In this document: one piece after another, positions 29,501-41,781 of the stretch
Position numbering within the stretch: position 1 is the stretch's first letter
How the letters are laid out: each line of letters begins with the position of its first letter
NCBI GenBank assembly: GCA_973895155.1
Contig: OZ316895.1
Coordinates: forward strand, 4,389,659-4,453,658
DNA: 64,000 bases
Reading direction: 5' to 3'
Source: Marsupella aquatica
Taxonomy: Eukaryota; Plantae; Marchantiophyta
The notes under the pieces: generated by a model
Seen by the model: the letters and a program-made list of their open reading frames with translations, nothing else
Database searches by the model: none
What the model was told of the DNA's origin: nothing
Made by a program: the position numbers and the translations under genes

Positions 29501-30539
29501 AGACGGAGAAAGCTTCAGCAGAAAATTCATGTCAGAACGAACTCATAAGCTTGCACCACATAATTAAATGCTTCTGAAAGGAAACGCCATAATTAGAGTC
29601 TCTAAAAAGAGGAGCATGTACGATCCCCAAAACGATCCACCTAAAGAGAAAGCATAAGCCCTACAGAGATTCTGCTGATCCTGAATTCACAACTCAGAAT
29701 TTGTGAAAGGCTACACATACTACGACTAAGACTTTCAAACAAGGATGCCCTGACCGATCCCCCCGAATGATCAGCGTTAGAAAAGTGTCAAGCTAGAAGG
29801 AGAACAAGGTAGCGTAAGTGAACGATAACCGAAGGCCAGTCTGCACAGTCGTATCTTACAGTTTCATGTTGGGCCTGCAAAGCTTGATATTCAGCTCTTC
29901 GAGCCTGCTCTTCTGTCTGCCGGGTCTCTTCTTGTTTCTTCATCAATTCAAAAACCTACACACCACAAAAAAATTACAGTGTAAAATTAAGGCCTGACAC
30001 CTCTTCATTTCTAATTGAAAAACCTGTTGGGCTTCCCGTTGACAGGGCAACAATTTCAATCTCACAATCAATCTATCCATGTTACGTAACAGGTATAGCG
30101 CTCCAAATCTATCACACTTCAAAGGGGAAACAAGTCTGAGAGCGAAAGCTTCACTGCCAACAATTCAAGCACCTCCCACAAGTGACAATTTTTCTTTCAT
30201 GGGTTTCCAAATCACACACAAACCAACCTTTTTAGCGTGAACAGACGAGTTGATCTCTCGCAATGCAGTCGCTCCTCTCTCTAAAGCCTCCGGGTCAAAC
30301 CCCGCGGCAGTAGTTCTGGGAGCATCCCCACCAGCCCTGGCACTAGTGACCTTCTCATTGACGGGCGGTCCGGGCACGCCGGCTCCTGTTCTCTGTCCTC
30401 CTCCTCCCTTCAAGGTGGCGATCAAGTCGGAAGTACTCATCGCATTCTCAGCAGCCGGATTCTGCACTGTGAATCGATCCATGAAGACAGGCCCCGGCCC
30501 GTCCATCCAAGAAGCCACCAAAGCAAGAATAGCTGCCAT
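26544..30539 (-). CDS. ATAD3: ATAD3-family mitochondrial AAA+ ATPase (DUF3523 + AAA), 8 exons
   Basis: Approximate exons: 30539-30228, 29955-29860, 29441-29331, 28962-28653, 28297-28207, 27964-27622, 27401-27253, 27057-26544. Motifs: [17 protein letters not shown], coiled coil [13 protein letters not shown], Walker [26 protein letters not shown], Walker [13 protein letters not shown], and [13 protein letters not shown]...ATNRPSDLD. The start was assigned to the first in-frame ATG after a stop at 30633. Confidence 0.95.
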
Positions 30540-31092
30540 TGCTCCCGCGATTTTCCTTCCCCTCTTTGCTACTGCGATCTCCAAATCTCTAGATGTCCCC
30601 ACCTTCCCCTGCTCTCGGATCGATCTCCTTCCCTACTTGCTAGTGCAACTCCCAGACTAAGGAAATTCGATAAGAAAGAGAACCACAGCATTTCCAACTC
30701 GCAATGTGCAATCAAGCAAGCTGATAGACGACCTCACGACCATGAAATCCCAAATCATGAACAAAGACCTGCGGTAGGGAATGCAATTCCGAATCGGTAA
30801 TGAAAATAGCTCTCATCTCCTTCTTCTCACGCTACCCTTCGACATCACAATGTCTGCTTCTTCCCAGGGCTTCACAGATTGCCAGAGGCTCGCCCCACTT
30901 TGCAAATTTGATTTCCTCGACCGCCACTTCGCTCCTCTCGATCGCACTGCCGTGTGATGAACATCACCATGTCCTTGCTAGACCATCGTCTCCGAAATCG
31001 TGCTCCCCGTCCTCAGGTCTCAATACCTCAATACCCTAAACCCTGAGGGCCTTCCTGACTTTGCGCCCACCTTCCCCTCGTCCAAAAAATCA

Positions 31093-31642
31093 CACATCCT
31101 CGTTAGAATTCGTTAAACCTTAGTGTATTAGTCTCAATTTCAAACCCTATTATTAAGGGTCTCAGAGCATTCACATCCTCGTTAGAATTCGTTAAACTTT
31201 AGTGTATTACTCTCAATTTCAAACCCTATTATTAAGGGTCTCAGAGCATTCGCATCCTCATTAGTATTCATTAAACCTTAGTGTATTACTCTCAATTGCA
31301 AACCCTATCATTAAGGGTCCCAGAGCATTCGCATCCTTGTTAGAATTCGTTAAACTTTAGTGTATTACTCTCAAATTCAAACTCTATTATTAAGGGTCTC
31401 AGAGCATTCACATCCTCATTAGAATTAGTTAAACCTTAGTGTAATACTCTCAATTTCAAACCCTATTATTAAGGGTCTCGGAGCATTCACATCCTGGTTA
31501 GAATTCGTTAAACCTTAGTGTATTACTCTCAATGTCAAACCCTATTATTAAGGGTCTCAGAGCATTCACATCCTGGTTAGAATTCGTTAAACCTTAGTGT
31601 ATTACTCTCAATTTCAAAGCCTGTTATTAAGGGTCTCGGAGC
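31093..31642. repeat. Tandem minisatellite, 79-bp unit x7
   Basis: Unit CACATCCTCGTTAGAATTCGTTAAACCTTAGTGTATTACTCTCAATTTCAAACCCTATTATTAAGGGTCTCAGAGCATT starts at 31093, 31172, 31251, 31330, 31409, 31488 and 31567, with only a few substitutions per copy. Confidence 0.97.
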
Positions 31643-32614
31643 TTCAAATTTGATGGATTTTTCACTTTAAAATTAAAGTTAAGAAGAGAAAAGGTTATGG
31701 ACTATCAAATTCACAATCCATAAAAGAAATTCCATAAAGATGAGTCATATGCCATGACCATAGGTCACAGCAGAAGCTAGTGCAAAAACAAAACTTTCAC
31801 ACAACCCTGTGAAAAAGTTATGGCCATTTGTTTATGGCCAAAAGTTTGAAACTCATGATTTATTCCACCTGTGATGATGATTTTCTAGGTGGGTTGGTTC
31901 TGGCTGGAATTAGAGCACCTCCAACTGTTTAGGACACAGTTTTGTTTTTAGTTCATTAAAAGGTCACACTGTGCCCAATGTATTCCAAATGGCTCAAGAC
32001 CAGCCAGGCATGAAGAAAACCAAATCCATTGGGCCAAAGCATAGGCCAACTGAAAGCTGCCCAAATGAACCCCAGGGTTACCGACTCACAGCCTTGGGCC
32101 GAGAATGGATCAGGGTTAGTCACACTGAACTGACATGAAACGAGTCCAGTACCTAATCCACAGACTGATAAACTGTCCCTGGGACTGCTAAATGTAAGGG
32201 GGAACTCCCACCGAAGGCTCCAGTCAGGGGGTACTCTAGCTAGTTAGCCTATGATGCCAGGAATAATTTGGACCATTGTGGCATTGTCAGTGGGAAAGAC
32301 GGGGTCAGTAGGCAGCAAACAGGGGTCGAACCTCCATACTTTTGGAGGTTATGGGGCTGTTAATAGAGTCTATTGACCAAAAATGGCCACTACTGGGGTA
32401 TTTGGCAAATGGGGTGATGAAAACACCCACCATTTGAGATGCTCTTCGGGCTTATCATCCTATTGCAGTGGCAGACATTTATATCTTATTTTTCCTCATT
32501 CAATCTTTTTGAAGATTTTCATTTGCCCTCTTCTTTTGAGTTTGTCCTGGCCTGGCGTGTTTAGTAAATTGGTCCTTTTCCCCTTTTCCCCTTTTCCCCT
32601 TTTGATCATTCGTT

Positions 32615-32940
32615 GGAGTTTACTTTCCATGTAAGTAAAGTACAGTCTACTCTTCCTCAGTAGAGACTCCCAGTAAGAAGCCAGGGCTATGCACTTGCAT
32701 GTGCTTTGCACTACATGATAAGTGCACATTTCAGGTTTTACACTCATAGACAACTACCATGATGATTTTTCTTGCCACTACGGATCTCGCCCCAGTTTCC
32801 CTTTCTGTAGTGGAGGTTACTTTCCATGTAAGTAAAGTATATGTCTACCCTCCATAAGTGCAAAATCCCAGTAAGAAGCAAGGGGCAAGTACATGTGGTT
32901 TGAACCAGAAATAAGTGCACATTTCCAGGCTTTGCATTTA
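32615..32940. repeat. Degenerate direct duplication, period ~197 bp
   Basis: TTACTTTCCATGTAAGTAAAGTA...TCCCAGTAAGAAGC...ATAAGTGCACATTTC occurs twice. Confidence 0.7.
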
Positions 32941-33786
32941 AAGATAAATTACACTTTAAGGATTCTTCTTGCTGCTATTGCCTCTACCTTGAGTCATTCC
33001 TCTTCCCTCTGTCCAGTGTCACGTTGCCCTCAGCAGTTGCCATCAGCATGACTGCACATCTCTATGGTAAATCTTTGTCAACTGTCACATAACTACCACA
33101 GTGACCCTATAAGATCAACCCCATTCTAAGCCTTGTCTATTTTAACTCTACATAAAAATGGTATCATTTCTCCCTACAATTTCACATAGGATTTTGTGCT
33201 GTTACCCATAACTTTACACCTTTAGCCCGCAACATAAAATAAGGAAGGGTCTGCAAGGTTACTTTTTATAATATGTGCTATGTGATGGTCAACATACAAA
33301 CATGATCCCACATTTGACCAGTTCCTGAGGTTGGAGGGTTCACTTAATGTATGTTTTGTGAATCATAATTTAAACACACTGTTTCTTAAAAAAAAAAAAT
33401 CTAGGAATATTCCTATTCTTTATGATAAATGATTTATTTTGGTTTAGAAATGGTATATATAAAAATATTTTTTAAATATGTATAGCGTTCAATTTGAGTT
33501 CCTATCCCTTAAAAAAAATTGTGACGACAATTTGTTTTATTAAAGATTCAAATGATTTTTTTTGTAATTGACTCCCCAAGAAGGCTACTTCTGTGTACAA
33601 GTCATCACATTTGTTAGCATAAGTTTTGGATCTTCTTCTCTTCCAACTGGTAAATTGGATTGTGAGAAGAGTTGGATTGTGAGAAGAGGGTAGAGGGAGC
33701 CCATGGGTAACCATTTGGGTGGAGACTCACAAAGGCTCATTCTATGAAATTGAGTCTTTTGGGCTACACTAATTATTATTTGTTAG

Positions 33787-33941
33787 TTTTTTTCTGACCC
33801 ATCCAACAGAAGATAGACAAACAACTCTGACTGGAGCATGCGCCTCTGTAAGGTAGTCACAAGGGGGTCATACCCAGGTATGGGTTGAACCAGAGCCCAA
33901 AGTGGACCAGCTAGGGGCTGAAGAAAAAGCAAGATTTCCAC

Positions 33942-33972
<31 letters not shown>

Positions 33973-34053
33973 CAACCCTTACATGTGTAGGGGGATTGAA
34001 CCTGGGACCTCTTGATCCTATGCTAATCCCCTAGCCAACTGACCAAAGCCAGT
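33787..34053 (-). mobile_element. tRNA-derived SINE with internal (GT)n, A-tail and degenerate TSD
   Basis: The minus-strand head TGGCTTTGGTCAGTTGG...GAGGTCCCAGGTTCAATCCCC has A- and B-box-like motifs. The body contains (GT)n and ends in an A7 tail. Flanks TAATTATTATTTGTTAGTT (33770) and TAGTTATTATGTGTTAGTT (34054) form a near-identical direct repeat. Confidence 0.75.
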
Positions 34054-35439
34054 TAGTTATTATGTGTTAGTTCTTGCAATCTATGTTTCCTTGTGTGTGA
34101 AGGTGGAGTTGACTTGACACTTGGAACCCTTTTCTGGAGTTTGCCAAACAGAAGTTAAATTTTGTAGCCCTGTGAACCTTTCCCTTCAAAGAAAGGAATA
34201 CGAAAAAGAGAAGACACGTGTCATCTTATCCAAACTTCAAAGAGTAGAATCAGATTCCAACTGACCTTGTAACTCTATGAAAAGAAGCTTAATGATTGAT
34301 GATAAAACTCTTCTGACTCATTGTTGGAGGTATTTTCTTGGTGGGTTCCTAAAATGAAAAGTGTTACTTGATCACACCCATGAGTGATCCAAACCATGGA
34401 TTGAATTTGAATCAATATACCCAAAACTTCAGGGGTCCTATTCATTAACACCTTTCATTTTGGGGTCCCATCAAGTAAAAACCCAATGCAACGAGTGTGT
34501 CAAGGGCCAATCAGTTGTTTTAACACGATGTAGAATGTACTTTTAAATGAGAAGATTGTACTATTTTAAGAACAAGCAGAAGACACTGTACACCAGGAAC
34601 CAAATTGGGGAACACAGCACCAATCCGTAAACTAGTACTGGTGCCAATGCGACAGCAATCTGGACGTTTTTTTTGGCCTTTAATTGTGGATATTTTTATA
34701 GGGAGAATTAAAAACGTGCCCTATTTCTGCCTTGCAGCAGAAGTAACTAAGGCCAAACTAAAATGGCTTAGAGAAAGAAAATTAATAAACGCTTTGCTCA
34801 GCCAATCGGCCCATGGAGGGGTCATCGTTGATAGGGCATCGAACGTCACTGTTGAGACAAAAAGGGAAAACAAATATAAGATGTGTAGTTGAAGACAACA
34901 AAAGGGAAGCCTGGATAGAGCACAACATTTAACAAATTACCTGGATGGAATCCATCTAAAAACAATTTAAACCTCAACCTGGGCCAAGCTCAAACTGGAT
35001 GGACCACATCACCTCATATAGACCATTTCTAATCATGATCAAGACCTCAAATAATATAATTTATGTAAAGATGACCCCGCTTTTGGGTCAGCCTGCTAAG
35101 TTTCTTCGAGTTCCTCAAAGAATAGAATTTATGTAAAGATGACCCCACTTTTGGGCCAGCCTGCTAGGTTTATTCGAGTTAGCGGGTCATGTGTTGCAGT
35201 CCATCCAAGTTATATGGTCAATTATGAGAATCAATGTTAGAAGAGAACCAACAACCAAACACAAAACACATTTTATTTTCTCCATAGGACCTCTTTTTCT
35301 TTGGACCACTTTTTCTTTCCTTTCATTGTACTTGTTTTCTCCTGGTATATAAACTTTGGTGTAACTTTTTGCTCTCCATAGGAAAACAAATGAGATTTTC
35401 ATGAATACCCCTTTTAAAACTTAGCCCACTGGCTCATGT

Positions 35440-36135
35440 TGCCCATTCGAGCATCAAATTTTTCTCTTTGAGTTTTATTTTTTAAATTGAAGGCTTGCTT
35501 GGACAATTGGCTCAGCTTGGTCCATCTATCTTGTCGCCCCCATCACACACACACATTGCACCCCAGTCCGCCAATGCGCTCACTACACTAGGTCTGGAGG
35601 GGCTATCCAAGTGATATGGTCAAATGGTTGCAATCCATCGGAGCATCAAATTTTTCTTTAGTGGAACAGAAACCAAAAAACAAATGAATGAATTGCTTGG
35701 ACAATTGGTTCTCCCCTTTTGTGCACAACGAATCGGCCAGGCTTGGCCCCCTTGCCTTCGGCCCTCCTGCTCTGGACTCAGGTCCCACTGATCGGCTCAG
35801 CTACAGTAGGTCTGGTGGGGTCTATCCAAGCTACACGGTAAAATATTGCGGTCCATCCGAGCATCAATTTGTTTCTTTTTGCCCAACAGAAACAAAACAA
35901 GAAAAAACAAATGAATGAATTTTTTACTTGGACAATCGCCTCAGCCCTTTGGCGCCCGACCAATCCTTCCGGCCCTCCTACTCCTAACCCGGGGTCGCCC
36001 TGATCGGCTTAGCCAGGGCTGGAGGGGTCTATCCAAGCTACACGGACAAACGATTCCGATCCATACGAGCATCAATATTCTCATTTCTCGGAACATAAAA
36101 ACTATTGAAAAATGAATTGCTTCCACAATCGGCTC
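35440..36135. repeat. Degenerate tandem array (~240-bp period) upstream of the HSF gene
   Basis: Recurring GAGCATCAAWTT, TTGGACAATYG and GGTCTGGWGGGGYTATCCAAG blocks, ~3-4 copies. Confidence 0.7.
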
Positions 36136-36818
36136 GGCTAGGCTCGGCCCTCGTGTCTGGCCCTCCTGGTCCGGGCCCCGGGCCCCGGGCCGCCCGGCTC
36201 GGCTCGGGCGCGAGCCCCGGTCCAGCGAGGGCTCGGCTCTGATTGGCCCCTGTCCTTCGTGCCCCCTTTTAGGGGTCCTCTTCGTCCTGTTCGCGGGCTC
36301 GTCCCGACGTCCCGTCCTTCGCGTATAAGTTGCTGGTAGTGTATGTGGTGTCGAGCTTTGCTGGAGATGTGGGCACGGGAGGACGAGGCGAGCGGAAGGG
36401 AGGAGGAGAAGTGGCTGCGAGGCGATTTTTGAGATTTATTATTATTGTCTGTTGGCTTGGGGTCGCGTCGTGGGACATAGTTATACAGACTGAAAGACTG
36501 TGGTGGCATTCCTGTCTTCTGCTGCTGATGCTGATGCTGCTGCTGAAGAAAACGATCGATTCGGTGGAGTTTCTTGTGTGAATTGAGTGCAGAAGAGAAA
36601 AGAGGCGGAGGCGGAGGCGGAGTTTGATGTTTGCGCGTTGTCGCGGCACTTCAATGGTTAGAGATAGCTGTCGATGGTCGGGAGTGAGGAAGGAGGAAGA
36701 AGAGGAGGGGACGAATAGAGGAGGAAGGGGGGAGGAAGAGGAGGAGGGGGAGGAATGGGTGGAGGGGGAGGAGGAGTAGATATATGCAATGTGACGATGA
36801 GGGCTATGCAGAACGAAT

Positions 36819-38862
36819 ATGGGATCTCTGCCTCTCCCGGCATCGTTGGTAACAACAGCATGGTGGCCTGGGGCTGGGGGTGGAGTGATTGAGACGAAGG
36901 AGGGAGTGGTTGCATCACAGGCTCCTCGAGCAGGCACCAATTCTGCTGCTGATGCTGCTCCTGCGGTGGTGTACGTTACTTCACAACCGATGATGGCAAC
37001 AGCTTTGTCTAACCCTCCTAGTCCTCCATCGCTGGTGGTTCCCATGGAGGGAGTAGTGCAGCAGAGATCTGGGACAATTGAGAACAATAGCGCACAAAGT
37101 AGTCGTTTGTCTACTAGTAACAATACCAGCAGCACTGTGGTTGGGGGTTCTGATCAGAAATCGACTGTGGCGCCCTCCGGTACCGCTCCTGCCGCTGCTT
37201 CTCCTCCGGCTGCGGCTCCACAAACCACCGGAATGGACGGATTGCAGAGCAGCGGGCCGCCTCCCTTTTTAAATAAGACTTACGACATGGTCGATGATAG
37301 CGCCACGGATGCTGTGGTGTCTTGGAGCAACACGAATAACAGCTTCATTGTGTGGAACCCTCCGGAATTTGCCCGTGATTTGCTTCCCAAGTACTTCAAG
37401 CACAACAACTTCTCGAGTTTCGTCCGGCAGCTGAACACATATGTGAGCCCCTACTACCACTACCTCTGTATGCATGCTTTCGTTTTCTCACTTTCGTCCT
37501 CTGAGAATGGTGAGAAGGAGGCCCTTTGAGTGATGAAATTTTTGTGAGCCCTAACACTATCTCTGTATGCATTATCATTGCCTTGTACTCTACGTTTTCG
37601 CATGTTTGTCTATTGAAATGGCGAGAGGGAGGCCCTGTCAGTGATGAAAATTTTAACAACTGGTTCTGGTGGCACAGGGATTCCGAAAAGTGGATCCGGA
37701 CCGGTGGGAGTTTGCCAATGAAGGGTTTCTCCGCGGGCAGAGGCATCTCCTCAAAAATATTCATCGGCGTAAGCCAGTATCGCACCACACACCACAGCAG
37801 CAGCAGCAGCAGCAAACACAAAGTTCTACCCTTGGGCCATGTGTAGAGGTTGGGAAGTTCGGACTCGAGGGGGAGGTTGAGAGATTGAAGAGGGACAAAA
37901 ATGTGCTAATGCTGGAGCTAGTCAGGTTAAGACAACAACAACAACAGACTGAGCAGGAGCTCCAATTGATGGGCCAACGGCTCCAAGTCACCGAGCAGCG
38001 TCAGCAACAAATGATGTCGTTCCTGGCGAAGGCAATGCAAAATCCCGGCTTCCTTGCACAGCTGGTCCAGCAAAATGAGAACAACAAACGCCTTGCCACG
38101 GATAGGAAGAGAAGACGCCTACCCAAACAGGAAATTGAGGGTGACTCCGGGGCTATTGAATTTGATGGCCAAATTGTCAAATATCATCCTGCTTCCACAG
38201 AAGCCACCAGACAAAAGCTGATGCAGTTTCTTAACGGTGCTGACCTCAATTCAATGATGGAAACCAGCGGTGGTACTCCCTTCGAGGCCCTTCTTGCGGA
38301 TCTTGGATCATCGTCTGTGGACCACGCTGAGGAGAGTGACCTCTCCAACCGGTATTCTGGGGTTACCCTAACCGAGATGCAGGTTTGTCCAACGGACTCT
38401 ACTACAGCCATGCCCATAGGGGAAATGTCAACAGCACTTAGACCTATTCTACCCTTGGCCGGAGAAGCCCCAAGGTTAGAAGTTCAGGGCCTTGACAGGA
38501 GCGACAGGGATTTAATGCTCGAGGGCCTAAATGCTGCGGAAAGCTCTCCAGATGTTTACTCTCCCGGCCCTGCGGGTCCTACTGCTGACAATGAAGGTTT
38601 AGTTGTCAGTGAGGTTGATCAGGGTACGGATCACAAGCCTGCAATGGTTAGTTCTGGGACAAATGACATTTTCTGGGAGCAATTTTTGACCGCCAATCCT
38701 GCATCACCAGCCTCGTCTTCAGAAGATGCTGAAACGGTCTCGAGTGCTGAGCAGACGGGGGAGACGGAGAGCATAAACTGGTGGAGTAGCAAGCCCAACA
38801 GCGTGGACCGTTTGGCGGAGCAGATGGGGCAGCTTGCCCCGGGGACAACAACAAATCCTTGA
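36819..38862 (+). CDS. HSFA1: Class A (A1-like) heat shock transcription factor, 2 exons
   Basis: Exons 36819-37442 and 37678-38862, with the canonical DBD intron (NTY/GFRK). [17 protein letters not shown]...[33 protein letters not shown], class A HR-A/B ([19 protein letters not shown]...[15 protein letters not shown]), NLS RKRRRL, AHA motif NDIFWEQFL and NES-like [11 protein letters not shown]. The start ATG is uncertain because several in-frame Mets exist. Confidence 0.93.
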
Positions 38863-40152
38863 TCTTGGGGGACAACAACAAATCCTTGATCTTGATTTAG
38901 TGTTCGATACTAGAGATGCATGGTCTGCCAGTTCTTAGAAGAAAAGACCAGGTCAAGGAAATGAAAGCGATCTTCCTGAATGTAATTAAGCTAAGAAAAA
39001 TAGTTGCAGGAAAGCTAGGGGTGAATTCTAGGGGAAGATGTGAAGTTGTGCCCAAACTTCCATTGAAAGGCAACACCGAAGACATAAATACTACCAAGAT
39101 CTTCGTATTGCGTTATAGCTACAATCTGATAATTCTCTGCAGCAAATAATCTCAATCAGAGGTTCTTGTGATCTTCTCATCCTCTTCCCTCTAAGGTTCC
39201 TAGCAAGTAGATTTTAGGATTGACTATCGACGAGTGACGGTGTTGACGTCCACAAGGGCCTTCTTGAGCTACCAGGTGCAATGACTGAGAATTTCTTGTA
39301 TTTTGTTGAACAGTTAGCCGTTGATAATTTAGGGGTTGACTTTCAGATCATCTAAATTTGAAAGTTTGACCATTAAGGTTTGTTTGTTTGCAAATACGAA
39401 GGACTGTAGTCCATTATGGGCACGGCCAGTTATCCTGTATGTTGATAGCAGGCTTACCGCAATTCGTTTCCTTTTCTTTCTCTTCTCATTCTTTCCTTTG
39501 TTTCAAAGCTAAACTTCAAAACAATTTTCTGCTAGGTAGATAGAGGCATGTTGTTCAGTCTTGAGTTATGATTACCCTGCCTTCCTACCTACAAGGAGAA
39601 AAGCTACTGGACTCGATCCATTGCTCCATTCCAAGATTAGAAGAACCAAAATTTCCTTTGAATGATGGATGGATGGCTTGTGCCGACTTTTAGGAGAGAT
39701 TTCGGCTGTCCTTGATTGCACTTTTTGGAGCAGTTTCATTCATTTTATGATATCGTTTAGAGTAATCTCCGTTGTATGACTCTGAATCCCAAAGTGATGT
39801 CATGCAAAGCAGTTCTACGGTATTTGTAGGATTTGGGATTGATTAAAAACATTTGCACCATGCTACGCGCGCCATGTAAAGCATTTGCAGTAGTGATGCA
39901 CAGAGATGTTGACATCACAAGTGGCCACAAAAGGGTTCTGTCTCTTTTTGTCGCTGTGCTATCATAATAGCTCCAAACTCCATTTTGTCACTTTGCCGTT
40001 GTCGTAACTCCAGCTGTTTCCTTATAAGCACAACCACCAATACGACACTCGAGTAGAGGGAGTTTGGTAATGAGAAAGTTAGAGAGGAACACAAAGAGAT
40101 GTCGAGAACGACTGTGGTGTCAGGACTCACTGAACTGGTGGGTGTCCTGCAG

Positions 40153-41215
40153 GTCTATGTAGGTAAACAGGGCTTATTAACTGCTGAGAAGCTTAGTGAA
40201 CTGGCTGGCCTATTAGTTAAGACCCGGTGGTTGTACCAGGACAAGTTGTCCCCATTTCTTATACAACGAAGATTACATTTCCTGAGAGCCGGCTCATCAG
40301 GTCTGGTCTGCCAGGAATACATTCAAGACCCGTATGGACCACTGAAGGTCTGTAACATTCTTTGTGAATATCCATAGCCGTATATGCGTTGTTGGTTTCG
40401 AAAGTTGATAACAGAGGAACAGATTCATGTATGCTGATCTTTATGTACGTTGTGAAGTGAAAGATGAAGCTTCGCAGTCTAGCCAGGCAGAAGGTTTGCA
40501 AAACATGGATCCTTATGCCTTGTCTGGGAATTAATGTTTCAAGTCATGCAGATATTAGAAGAGCAGAATCTCTTACTGCATAGAACTGGGTGAAGACTTG
40601 AATTGGCAAATCCTTGGTGAACCTCTAATACTGTTAGTTGGTGTCTCTCAGATTGGTAACGACAACGAGGGAGTGGGAAGGGTGTGGGAACTTGAAATGT
40701 AGAAAAACTGCATAGAATCCCTTCAGGATGCCTTATCTTCTGCAGATGGCGAAGTTTCAGCTGTATGCAAACCGAACGAGGTTGATCTAGACTGCTTTTC
40801 TTACCTATTAGCACTAGATACGTCCATTGAAGACTCTCAGCGCTGATACCGAACTGAAAGTCGAGAGTTGGAAACGGCAGCTGCAGGTAGCGTCCTGTAG
40901 TTCTTCCAGCGTTGGTAGTGGCATCTGACGAGGGACACTAGTGGCTTGGCATCTGGCGAGGTACACTAGATAGCTTGGCATCCACGAGAGCCGTCTGGCA
41001 CGTTTAAACAACAATTTCCTGGAGAAGCGAGAGGATCTATTGGTTTTGGGAAGATGTGTGGGTAAGAAATCTGTCGTTCTCATTGTCCAAAGTGATGAAG
41101 ATCTTGCGAGTAAAGATAAAGCTTTGCTTCGAGACAAACGTAAGCAAATAAAATACATAAATAAAATGTATGGTGCAGAAAGTACATCCTTATGTGAGGG
41201 ACGGGGCGAGTGGTG
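40153..41215 (+). pseudogene. Unidentified spliced gene fragment with in-frame stops
   Basis: An exon-like block 40153-40347 (CTGCAG| ... AAG|GT) encodes VYVGKQGLLTAEKLSELAG...IQDPYGPLK. A second block after CACTAG| at ~40818 encodes IRPLKTLSADTELKVESWKRQLQ... and continues protein-like through two stops. The family was not recognised. Confidence 0.35.
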
Positions 41216-41781
41216 ATCTGAAGTGAGAAATGCTTTTCTCTCCGCCTAGTAGGCTTTTAGTCTATTGGGCTCCTTAGTGGGTTTTTTGTTTTGTGTTCTT
41301 ATGTTGTTGGGGGCAATCATTGGTCTTCTTGGCGCCTTTTTCATAACCTCTTCCTTCCCTTTATTGGGTTGTTTTGTCTTTGGTATCTTGTCTTCCAGTT
41401 TTACATTTTTGTCTTTTGGCATTGCGATATATACAATATCTTTTCTCTCCCCAAAGTAGAGCTTTCTCTGCCATGAGTGAGGGCAGTGTTCTATGAGTCC
41501 CTGAAGAGGTTAGCCCTCAAGTCTCCCAAAATCATGGGCAAGATCTAAGTTGTTTCAGGGGACCCTCAATTTTTTTGGGAGTGCCCAGAGAGGTATGACT
41601 TTGTGATAGCTCATTGGAGTAAAGATTGATAGGTTTTGGGTTCAACTATTGTGGTTGACTCTTCCCTTTTTGTGGGGTTTCACAGATTTTTCCTTTAAAA
41701 AAATTTAAAAAATTAAAAAATTTGGGAGTGGATGGGCAACAGAGTCTTCCACTCTGCACTTTTGTGCCTTTTGTTCCTTAA

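Noticed and set aside
31093-31642. CRISPR-like regularly spaced repeats
   Set aside because: The whole 79-bp unit repeats with no unique spacers, the context is eukaryotic, and there are no cas genes.
36269-37135. 288-aa minus-strand ORF
   Set aside because: Low-complexity antisense shadow of the GC-rich HSF 5' region.
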